50,796 nt of DNA from a virus (IMGVR_UViG_3300023210_000014:1-50796), one strand, 5' to 3'. Counted from the first letter of the stretch, positions 1-6,735 are shown. Program-made: numbers and translations. The notes: generated by a model not told the origin, from the sequence alone.

Positions 1-792
1 GATGTGGGTGCAACTTTACGATCTGAACCAATGGCATCGTTTATCTATACTATGCAAAGATATTGTTATGAGAATGACATGACAATTAGACTTTATGGTG
101 AGTTCTTCGGTCCTGGAATTCAAAAGGGTGTTGATTATGGTCAGGAAAAGAGAATTCTATTTTTTGACATGATGAAAGGCACTGTTGAAGCTGGATTTGA
201 AAATATGGAATATGTTTCTCAAGATGAATTCAAGTATTTCATGGAAGATCTTGGCTGTGGTGGATTTGGAAAATTAATTGTACCAACTGTTTGCTTTGTT
301 GATGGACTTGAAAATGCTCTTTTATTTGATGCAAAACGAAATTCATTACTAGGCCCAGACCTTGGCTTTGGCAATACAGATTCAGTCACAAACGTTATGG
401 AAGGCGTAGTAATTAAACCGTTCCATGATGTAAAGAGAGATCACTACGGTAGAATCTTTTACATCAAGTCAAAGAACAATGAATTTCTAGAAAAGGTGAA
501 AGCTAAAAAGAGAAAAGCGTATTCTCCAGAAGACCCAGTGATTGTTGAATTGCGATCTGAGTTTGAAAGTTACTTGACTGAAATGAGAATGCAAAGTGTG
601 TTCTCTAAAATGGGTCCTATCGAAGAAATGAATAAAATGGGTGAATATATTAAGGCGTTTAGTGCAGACGCAATTGAAGATTTCATGAAAGACTTTGGTG
701 AAAGAATGAAAGAACTGTCTCCAAGTGAACAACGTAAAATTACAGGTATCGTTGGGAAGATTGCTGCTCCAATGTTGAAAGCTGCAATGTAA
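1..792 (+). CDS. rnlB: RNA ligase 2 (Rnl2 family), 5'-truncated by window edge
   Basis: Nucleotidyltransferase motifs LYGEFFGPGIQKGVDY, FFD, EGVVIKP, YIKSKN plus Rnl2-like C-terminal domain (RMQSVFSKMG...DAIEDF). Confidence 0.85.
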   Translation, partial: DVGATLRSEPMASFIYTMQRYCYENDMTIRLYGEFFGPGIQKGVDYGQEKRILFFDMMKGTVEAGFENMEYVSQDEFKYFMEDLGCGGFGKLIVPTVCFVDGLENALLFDAKRNSLLGPDLGFGNTDSVTNVMEGVVIKPFHDVKRDHYGRIFYIKSKNNEFLEKVKAKKRKAYSPEDPVIVELRSEFESYLTEMRMQSVFSKMGPIEEMNKMGEYIKAFSADAIEDFMKDFGERMKELSPSEQRKITGIVGKIAAPMLKAAM

Positions 793-932
793 TGACCTGT
801 GGAGAATGTAAATTTTTTGATCCAGAAGACAAAACATGTGATGGAGATTACTTTAATGGATACGATACAATTGAAAGTAATGAGGCATGTGAAGACTTCG
901 AACCTCTAACCGATTGTAAACAAACGACTTAA
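792..932 (+). CDS. small Cys-rich hypothetical protein (46 aa)
   Basis: TAATG-coupled to ligase; MTCGECKFF...C...CEDFE. Confidence 0.6.
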   Translation: MTCGECKFFDPEDKTCDGDYFNGYDTIESNEACEDFEPLTDCKQTT

Positions 933-958
933 AAGTTTAATTATTTTCTCGTTTTTTG

Positions 959-987
959 TTTACATTTGGATTTGACTATGGTATAAT
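959..987 (+). promoter_or_regulatory. early sigma70-like promoter, copy 1
   Basis: TTTACA-N17-TATAAT with TGn extended -10 and upstream T-tract. Confidence 0.85.
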
Positions 988-1027
988 TGTATGACAGTTA
1001 AAAACCAACTCGATCTAGGAGATCAAG

Positions 1028-1113
1028 ATGCACTCGAGGATTTTTATACCCCCGATGATTATGCAATTGGGATTTCTTTGGAATGGCGTTTAGCCAAGAA
1101 AGCAGGAAAATAA
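1028..1113 (+). pseudogene. frameshifted small ORF remnant (MALEDFYTPDDY...AGK)
   Basis: AGGAG-spaced ATG is 1 nt out of frame with a coding-like frame whose TAA overlaps the next ATG. Confidence 0.35.
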
Positions 1114-1430
1114 TGGGTACACTCAAACGGAAAAAAATTAACACCTTGCTTTGCAATGTTGATTTTGATGGTTATTCATTGAAGGATATGATCGAAGAAA
1201 TTGATATTCTCGTTATGTCTTATGGTGAGGAAGCTTTCTTTGAAGCTAATTATGAATGTGAATCTTCAAGTTTCGAGTTGCGTATTGAAAAGTTGGAATC
1301 CGATAAAGCCTTTAAAGCTCGTCAGAAGTCACACGATCGATTCCTCGCTGCAGAATCTGAAAGAGAAAAACTAAAAGAAGCACACGAACGTAGGATGCTT
1401 GCTGAATTGAAATTGAAGTACGAGGATTGA
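1113..1430 (+). CDS. hypothetical protein
   Basis: TAATG start, typical phage composition. Confidence 0.7.
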   Translation: MGTLKRKKINTLLCNVDFDGYSLKDMIEEIDILVMSYGEEAFFEANYECESSSFELRIEKLESDKAFKARQKSHDRFLAAESEREKLKEAHERRMLAELKLKYED

Positions 1431-1431
1431 A

Positions 1432-2199
1432 ATGTCGAGAATTTTTATAACTGGTGATGTTCACGGAGAAGTGATGAGTCGTCTGTCAAATAAGAATTTT
1501 CCAATTGCCAAAGAGCTCAATAGAGAAGACCTGGTTTTTATAACTGGGGATTTTGGATCAATCTGGAACGCAGCTGAAGACCAAAGGGAAAAACATATCC
1601 TGAATTGGTTGAATGACTGTAAATTCACGACAATGATCATCGGTGGGAATCATGAAAATTGGGATCGCCTAAGAGATTTACCTCTGGTTGAGAAATTTGG
1701 GGTGGTCTTAGGTGAAATCAGACCGAATGTATTTTTTGTTCCCAATGGGACATTAATAGAGTATGCAGGAAAAAGAATTTTCTGCATGGGTGGTGCAATG
1801 TCAACTGACCAGCATCATCGTACTGAAGGTGTTTCATGGTGGGCTGGAGAGATTCCAACCTATGAAGAAATGGACTTCGGTACAAAGAATCTTGAACGGG
1901 TGGGTTATAAAGTTGATCTAATTCTTAGTCACACCATGCCAATCAGGAATATAACGATGTTTTGCATGGCAAATGGTTTTAATCACGAGAGGGTCACCGA
2001 TCCAACCGCGAACTACCTAAGCTTTATTGCAGAACACGCTAAATTCGACCAATGGTTTTGCGGACACTTTCACGAAAACCAAGTTTATGAAGATGTAATG
2101 GTTCTGTATGATTTTATCATCGATCCAGATGAATTCGAAAACATGGATCGCGGAGAATACCGTAATTATGGTCGAGAACACCTCAACCCTTTATGGTAG
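1432..2199 (+). CDS. calcineurin-like metallophosphoesterase
   Basis: GDVHG, GDFG, GNHEN, SHT and GHFH motifs. Confidence 0.9.
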   Translation: MSRIFITGDVHGEVMSRLSNKNFPIAKELNREDLVFITGDFGSIWNAAEDQREKHILNWLNDCKFTTMIIGGNHENWDRLRDLPLVEKFGVVLGEIRPNVFFVPNGTLIEYAGKRIFCMGGAMSTDQHHRTEGVSWWAGEIPTYEEMDFGTKNLERVGYKVDLILSHTMPIRNITMFCMANGFNHERVTDPTANYLSFIAEHAKFDQWFCGHFHENQVYEDVMVLYDFIIDPDEFENMDRGEYRNYGREHLNPLW

Positions 2200-2208
2200 G
2201 AGAAAAAA

Positions 2209-2442
2209 TTGATTCACATTGACACATGGGGAACTCAGCCAACGGCTCGGTTCATGAAAAATGGATTTCGTTTTATCGTTCGTCCAAATGACGTATTAGT
2301 TTACGAGCGACAATCCAATGGTTCAGATTATACTTTGAATCAAACCGCAACTGAAAATCGTAGGGCATATGATTCCAAACGTTATCAGATTGCAAAGAAT
2401 CGTACTGTAATCGATGCCCTGCAAACAGTTATGAACACTTAA
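2209..2442 (+). CDS. hypothetical protein
   Basis: AGGAG RBS then TTG start. Confidence 0.65.
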   Translation: MIHIDTWGTQPTARFMKNGFRFIVRPNDVLVYERQSNGSDYTLNQTATENRRAYDSKRYQIAKNRTVIDALQTVMNT

Positions 2443-2473
2443 AAATAAAATTTAATTAATTTTTGAGTTTTTA

Positions 2474-2502
2474 TTTACATTACAGGATAATTAGATTATA
2501 AT
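2474..2502 (+). promoter_or_regulatory. sigma70-like promoter of tRNA array, copy 2
   Basis: TTTACA-N17-TATAAT. Confidence 0.8.
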
Positions 2503-2559
2503 TCATTAACAATTAAATATTGACCTTGAGGGTGTAACGGTTAAACCCTCCCACTTCAT

Positions 2560-2633
2560 CGAGTGTTAGCTTAATGGAAAGCACCAAGTTTGGAACTTGG
2601 GGGATTTCAGTTCAACTCTGAAACATTCGACCA
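2560..2633 (+). tRNA. tRNA-Pro(TGG)
   Basis: Cloverleaf, CCAAG-TTTGGAA-CTTGG, C1-G72, A73, encoded CCA. Confidence 0.9.
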
Positions 2634-2638
2634 AACTT

Positions 2639-2714
2639 GGAGCATTAGTTCAATCGGGAGAACACTGGCCTGTCAAGCCAGAGGCAACGGGATCGAAACC
2701 CGTATGCTCCGCCA
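2639..2714 (+). tRNA. tRNA-Asp(GTC)
   Basis: CTGGC-CTGTCAA-GCCAG, G73, CCA; T-loop ATCGAAA. Confidence 0.9.
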
Positions 2715-2724
2715 AATATTCGAT

Positions 2725-2801
2725 GCCGGCGTATGCTAACTGGCAACGCACTTGGTTTTAGAAACCAAGGATTGTGGGTTCGACTCCCTCCGCCGGTACC
2801 A
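2725..2801 (+). tRNA. tRNA-Leu(TAG), short variable loop
   Basis: TTGGT-TTTAGAA-ACCAA, A73, CCA. Confidence 0.8.
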
Positions 2802-2852
2802 AATCGCGGAGTTTTGAGATTCTCGTTCACAGGTAAAAATCTCACATCTTAT

Positions 2853-2924
2853 GGGCCCAACATATGGGATGAACTTCCGCCTTGCACGCGGGATGAGAGG
2901 GATCGTTACCCTCTGGGTCCACCA
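2853..2924 (+). tRNA. tRNA-Ala(TGC)
   Basis: TCCGC-CTTGCAC-GCGGG, G3:U70, CCA; weak D arm. Confidence 0.8.
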
Positions 2925-2930
2925 AATCAA

Positions 2931-3007
2931 TGCTCCTTGGCGAAGCGGTCTAACGCATCAGGTTTTGATCCTGACATCCGTAGGTTCGAATCCTACAGGA
3001 GCATCCA
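2931..3007 (+). tRNA. tRNA-Gln(TTG)
   Basis: TCAGG-TTTTGAT-CCTGA, U1-A72, CCA. Confidence 0.9.
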
Positions 3008-3127
3008 AATTCACTGGGCCCACGAAATCATATACTTGATCTTAACCACATCGAGCTCTTTGATTTCCGGATTGTCCAGAGGCAAGATTCTCAGTGGGTG
3101 GTCCCTATTGCTTGCCTAAAATATTAT

Positions 3128-3212
3128 GCGTCATGAGGAAGCTGGGAAATCCACCGGGCTGTAAACCCGACCTCTAACGAGTTGCTTGGTTCGATTCCAA
3201 GATGGCGCACCA
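3128..3212 (+). tRNA. tRNA-Tyr(GTA)
   Basis: CTGTAAA anticodon loop, long variable arm, A73, CCA. Confidence 0.9.
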
Positions 3213-3328
3213 AATTAAATCGCTAAATTGCCATAACTGGCAACTTAACGCGCTAAACCTTGGTTAAGGTGACATAACTGGCAACTTAGCAAAAAGGTGA
3301 AAAAAGATCATTTATTTTCTGTTTTTTG

Positions 3329-3357
3329 TTTACAATTAGCAGGGAATAGGATATAAT
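3329..3357 (+). promoter_or_regulatory. sigma70-like promoter inside tRNA array, copy 3
   Basis: TTTACA-N17-TATAAT. Confidence 0.85.
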
Positions 3358-3362
3358 GCATC

Positions 3363-3530
3363 TATGGTTAAGAAGAACATCGGTTCAAGCTAACCAACGA
3401 TCTTTGAAAACGAAATTTTTGATTCTCTTGGATACGCCCACTGGTTTAAACTTCGGTTTGAAGATGAGGGTAACACTGAGAGGTCAAAATCAATCCCTGC
3501 CGGCAAAGGGATATAAAACACCCCGGAACA
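3363..3530 (+). ncRNA. structured ncRNA candidate
   Basis: Directly after promoter; stems 3417-3428/3479-3489, UUCG hairpin, terminal H-type pseudoknot. Confidence 0.45.
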
Positions 3531-3536
3531 AATTTT

Positions 3537-3613
3537 GGGTCATTAACTCATCAGGTTAGAGTATCGCCCTTTTAAGGCGAATGCGCTGGGTTCGAGTCCC
3601 AGATGACCCACCA
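3537..3613 (+). tRNA. tRNA-Lys(TTT)
   Basis: TCGCC-CTTTTAA-GGCGA, CCA. Confidence 0.95.
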
Positions 3614-3619
3614 AATTAT

Positions 3620-3696
3620 GGGTAGTTAGCTCAAATGAGTAGAGCGCGAAGCTGTTAACTTCGGAGATATGAGTTCGAGTCTCATACTGCCCTCCA
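3620..3696 (+). tRNA. tRNA-Asn(GTT)
   Basis: CGAAG-CTGTTAA-CTTCG, CCA. Confidence 0.95.
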
Positions 3697-3701
3697 AAAA
3701 A

Positions 3702-3776
3702 ATAATGTTAGTCCAAAGATTTAAATCTGTTGGAAAGTTTGATCAAATTTTGGTATTCAAAAACCACTAACATTAT
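3702..3776 (+). ncRNA. tRNA-sized cloverleaf RNA without CCA
   Basis: Perfect 11-bp closing stem ATAATGTTAGT/ACTAACATTAT enclosing three hairpins. Confidence 0.45.
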
Positions 3777-3836
3777 GAGTTGGATATTGAATGATCAATG
3801 GTTAGTCCCATCATCGACGTTCAACTCAATTTAAAA

Positions 3837-4240
3837 TTGTAGATGAAGAGCTGCCATTTCTTCGAAGAGTAGAGCCAGCAGAACAGTATGAGAAGTTGAT
3901 AGCTTCCTTCCGATTCTCCAGCGACGCTAGGCGTAGTAGACAGATTCTACAAAGGACAAAATCAAAGAGCGAACCTCTGGGTTTTGTCCGAACCAAATCG
4001 AGAATGAAAATTCTCAACGTTGATGCGTCAATACTGTCCGTGAGAGTATAAACTCACCGGGTAGAAATACTTACAGGGTGTTAACCGCATCCGGCAGGAA
4101 TTGACCGTGAGAGCAATTGAAGGTTGCAAACTTTGATTGAACAACTCTCAAAATATTAATGATGGCCGACGCGCAATTCCCTGTCGGTTCAAAAGCAGAT
4201 TTATAATTCTGTCATGCGGTGAAATACCGAAAGGGCTGCT
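3837..4240 (+). ncRNA. large multi-domain structured ncRNA candidate
   Basis: No + strand ORF; many hairpins, long-range pair 4084-4090/4214-4220 and 7-bp pseudoknot 4097-4103/4174-4180. Confidence 0.55.
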
Positions 4241-4247
4241 AAATTGT

Positions 4248-4325
4248 GCACACGTACTCAAGCCTGGTTAAGAGGCTGATCTGATACGTCAGTAGATGTA
4301 GGTTCGAACCCTACCGTGTGCACCA
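4248..4325 (+). tRNA. tRNA-Ile(GAT)
   Basis: CTGAT-CTGATAC-GTCAG, A73, CCA. Confidence 0.9.
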
Positions 4326-4425
4326 AACGAGTCGGTACGGTCTGAAACAAAACCGTCAATCATTTGAGAACTCGAGATATCTCATTTGGTTGTGTAGGCG
4401 AAATTCCTACTGCCAGCAGAATTGT

Positions 4426-4503
4426 GGCTCCGTGGAGTAATTGGCTAACTCGCCAGACTTTCAATCTGGAGATTTGCGGGTTCGATCCCCGTCGGAGCTA
4501 CCA
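4426..4503 (+). tRNA. tRNA-Glu(TTC)
   Basis: CCAGA-CTTTCAA-TCTGG, CCA. Confidence 0.95.
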
Positions 4504-4618
4504 AAAATTTGAGGGGTTGGTTTGTTGGGCAAGCCCAAACGTGTAAAAGCGACAACCTCTTGAAACAATATAGTGGGCTGACATTCCCCTGCTAAAATAA
4601 TAGAATGTCAAAAATTAT

Positions 4619-4699
4619 GGGTGGTCTGATATGGTATTATCGATGGGAGTTAAGCTGCCCGGTTGGTGAATCACGGTTCGAATCCGTAGCCCTCCACCA
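4619..4699 (+). tRNA. degenerate tRNA-Leu(TAA)
   Basis: D arm, T arm, long variable arm, G37, A73, CCA; anticodon stem needs a bulged G and acceptor has one mismatch. Confidence 0.55.
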
Positions 4700-4850
4700 A
4701 AAAATTGAATTGCTTTCACACTAGTCTCTGACTGCAATCAAGTAAGCGATGCCCCGGGAGGTCCTCATGGGGTAATGGAAACATCATCGCGGTATAAGCC
4801 CGAAAATAGAGGGGACTTGAAACAGAAGTTCTGGAGTACGCTCTGGAATA

Positions 4851-4930
4851 TTGGGAGTGGGAGACACAGGTTCAAATCCTGTATTGCCGACCGTAAGGAT
4901 AGCGATTCGTCTAATGGTAGGATACCCACG
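4851..4930 (+). ncRNA. circularly permuted tRNA-Pro-like gene (3' half then 5' half)
   Basis: TTGGGA-GTGGG-AGAC-T arm-ATTGCCG-A, then CC-GTAA-GG linker, then TAGCGAT-TC-D arm-A-CCCAC; cross-half pairing 6/7 bp (acceptor) and 5/5 bp (anticodon stem). Confidence 0.7.
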
Positions 4931-4937
4931 AGAAACT

Positions 4938-5013
4938 GCCCATATAGCTCAATTGGCTAGAGCAACTGACTTGTAATCAGAAGACCGGGGATCGTTACCT
5001 CGTATGGGCTCCA
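4938..5013 (+). tRNA. tRNA-Thr(TGT)
   Basis: CTTGTAA loop, CCA; T-loop ATCGTTA. Confidence 0.9.
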
Positions 5014-5125
5014 GTTTATTGCAAACCGTATTCAGTCGGTATAAATGGGGTTCATATAAAACCTGACTTGCAATATTTAAAATTGAAGTCGGCCAAAGCG
5101 CTCTATTGAGTCGTGCGGCTAACAG

Positions 5126-5217
5126 GGAACATTGACAGAGTGGAAATGTGCTGGCTTGCTAAGCCATGGCCATCGGTGAGAAACGTTGCATTGGTTCGAA
5201 TCCAATATGTTCCTCCA
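5126..5217 (+). tRNA. tRNA-Ser(GCT)
   Basis: TTGCTAA loop, long variable arm, CCA. Confidence 0.85.
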
Positions 5218-5234
5218 CAAGAAAGGGATTGAAT

Positions 5235-5510
5235 ATGACAATTAAGAATATTTATTTGGTCATACGAGATCAAATGCCACTGAAGAGATTCATTAGAAAT
5301 TTCTTCATCACCAGAAATGCTTGGGGTTTATTCCATGAGAATTCTCACATATCATTTGCTAGTGGTTTAGGTAAAGTGACTTACAATACCAAAGAGACTG
5401 CAATTAAATCTGCAGCTTCGATGAGTAAGAAACATAAGAAACATTTTTCTCCATATAAGTGCCTTCATTGCGATGGTTATCACATTGGGAAAAATAGAGA
5501 TAATAAGTAA
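5235..5510 (+). CDS. basic protein with C-terminal YxCxxCxxxH zinc-binding motif, inside the tRNA array
   Basis: AAGGGA RBS; YKCLHCDGYHIG. Confidence 0.7.
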   Translation: MTIKNIYLVIRDQMPLKRFIRNFFITRNAWGLFHENSHISFASGLGKVTYNTKETAIKSAASMSKKHKKHFSPYKCLHCDGYHIGKNRDNK

Positions 5511-5512
5511 TT

Positions 5513-5615
5513 GAGTATGATGGGGCGCCGATTGGATCGACTGGTCAAAATAAACGTTTGTGCCTGTCCCATGAATTCTGTATTGGATCGGACTAAGGGA
5601 TTCATTTTCATACTC
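5513..5615 (+). ncRNA. branched structured RNA candidate
   Basis: 8-bp closing stem GAGTATGA/TCATACTC with two arms each capped by ATTGGATCG. Confidence 0.4.
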
Positions 5616-5623
5616 TAACAATT

Positions 5624-5696
5624 TGCGGAGAGGGTCGGTACCCCATTTGGTCTCATAAGCCAAACTTACTTGATTCAACTTCAAGCTCCGCAACCA
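5624..5696 (+). tRNA. tRNA-Met(CAT), initiator-like acceptor stem
   Basis: TGCGGAG/CTCCGCA-A-CCA, CTCATAA loop; short D arm. Confidence 0.75.
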
Positions 5697-5702
5697 AATT
5701 TT

Positions 5703-5777
5703 GCGGTATTCGTATAACGGCTATTACCTCAGCCTTCCAAGCTGATGACGTGGGATCGTCCCCCACATACCGCTCCA
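5703..5777 (+). tRNA. tRNA-Gly(TCC)
   Basis: TCAGC-CTTCCAA-GCTGA, U73, CCA; T-loop ATCGTCC. Confidence 0.9.
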
Positions 5778-5831
5778 AATTGATTTACAGTTAATTGCAC
5801 TTTCTGTTGTTAATTGTAAACTGAATATTGT

Positions 5832-5908
5832 GCATCCGTAGTATAAATGGCAATTACAACAGCCTCCAAAACTGTTAGATGTGGGTTCAAATCCTACCGG
5901 GTGTGCCA
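5832..5908 (+). tRNA. tRNA-Trp(CCA)
   Basis: CTCCAAA loop, G73, CCA. Confidence 0.9.
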
Positions 5909-6187
5909 AATATCCACCAGCCATGAGATAAGTGCTGGATGGGATGAGAATTCCATTTGAGGATTCTCCATCGAATTGAAAGTTGCTGTTGCGTTTCCCC
6001 AGTTCGGGCGAAGGATGATAATAGCCTTGAGGGTGTTCATTAAGTTTTTAAGATGAGTGAGCTTACTTCTTTCAATTCAAAATAAAAACGCTTACAAAGG
6101 GAGTATTGAAAACGGTTATCTCCCCGTCTGACGAAACAAAACAAACCTGAGTGGAGTTTGAGGACGTTCTCCACTGTTAAAGATTTT

Positions 6188-6263
6188 GCCGCTTGGGTGT
6201 GAAAGGTACGCACGCAAGAGTGAAGCCCTTGAGGAACAGGTTCAATTCCTGTAGGCGGCGCCA
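6188..6263 (+). tRNA. atypical tRNA-Phe(GAA)
   Basis: Acceptor and T arm intact, GTGAAGC loop, A31-C39 mismatch, no U8. Confidence 0.6.
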
Positions 6264-6406
6264 ATATGTTGAGAGATGACGGTTCGAGCCCGTCTGCTGC
6301 TCCACCACTAATGGATTCAAAGGGTTCTTCGGTTTTGTGGTGAAACTGATTTATTCCAGAGATGAAGTTAAAGCAGTATGGTCTAATGGACTATGACGCT
6401 CATATT
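6264..6406 (+). ncRNA. second circularly permuted tRNA-like gene
   Basis: TTGAG-AGAT-T arm-TGCTGCT-CCACCA, ~65-nt linker, then AGCAGTA-TG-D arm-G-CTCAT; acceptor 7/7 bp and anticodon stem 4/5 bp across halves. Confidence 0.65.
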
Positions 6407-6413
6407 TTATTTT

Positions 6414-6492
6414 GGACGATTGGCCGAGCGGTCGAAGGCACTTCTTTTACATGGAAGTATTACCGTAGGTTCGAATCCTACATCGTCCACCA
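6414..6492 (+). tRNA. tRNA-Val(TAC)
   Basis: CTTCT-TTTACAT-GGAAG, A73, CCA. Confidence 0.85.
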
Positions 6493-6520
6493 AGATCGAG
6501 AACACAAGTTCTCAACAAGT

Positions 6521-6596
6521 GTGTCCATAGCTCAATTGGTTAGAGCCCCCGCCTGTGAAGCGGAAGACGAGGATTCAAATTCCTCTGGACACCCCA
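6521..6596 (+). tRNA. tRNA-His(GTG)
   Basis: CTGTGAA loop, C73, CCA; no genomic G-1. Confidence 0.9.
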
Positions 6597-6649
6597 ATCA
6601 TATTGACAGAAGAGTTACAAATTCGTAGTTTTTCTGTCAATATAAAAAT

Positions 6650-6735
6650 GGAGAGTACCGCCGAGGTGGCAAATCGGGTTTGAACCCCGAGGACACGTGC
6701 AAACGTGTGGGTTTCGATTACTCTATTCTCTTCCA
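6650..6735 (+). tRNA. tRNA-Ser(TGA)
   Basis: TCGGG-TTTGAAC-CCCGA, long variable arm, CCA. Confidence 0.85.

Noticed and set aside
991-1113. Leaderless 40-aa ORF starting at ATG 991
   Set aside because: ATG is only 3 nt after the -10 box, likely upstream of the TSS, and is part of the repeated promoter text (same in copy 4)
2525-2552. Additional tRNA fragment before tRNA-Pro
   Set aside because: Only a D-loop-like hairpin (GAGGGT/ACCCTC); no matching T arm or acceptor partner found
4619-4699. Ochre suppressor tRNA (TTA) that could read the sheath TAA
   Set aside because: Placing TTA at 34-36 destroys the anticodon stem and U33; U33-TAA-G37, the long variable arm and A73 fit Leu(TAA)
5521-5545. 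tmRNA 5' end (GGGGCG...GGATCGAC)
   Set aside because: No tag ORF or adjacent 3' acceptor/T-arm; the segment folds locally within an 8-bp-closed element
6105-6140. Hammerhead ribozyme (GAAA...CTGACGA)
   Set aside because: No stem I between the cleavage triplet and CUGA, and no stem II followed by GAAA
6278-6330. tmRNA 3' end or attP-like tRNA fragment
   Set aside because: A perfectly complementary 5' half with a D arm lies at 6372-6403, and no integrase is present
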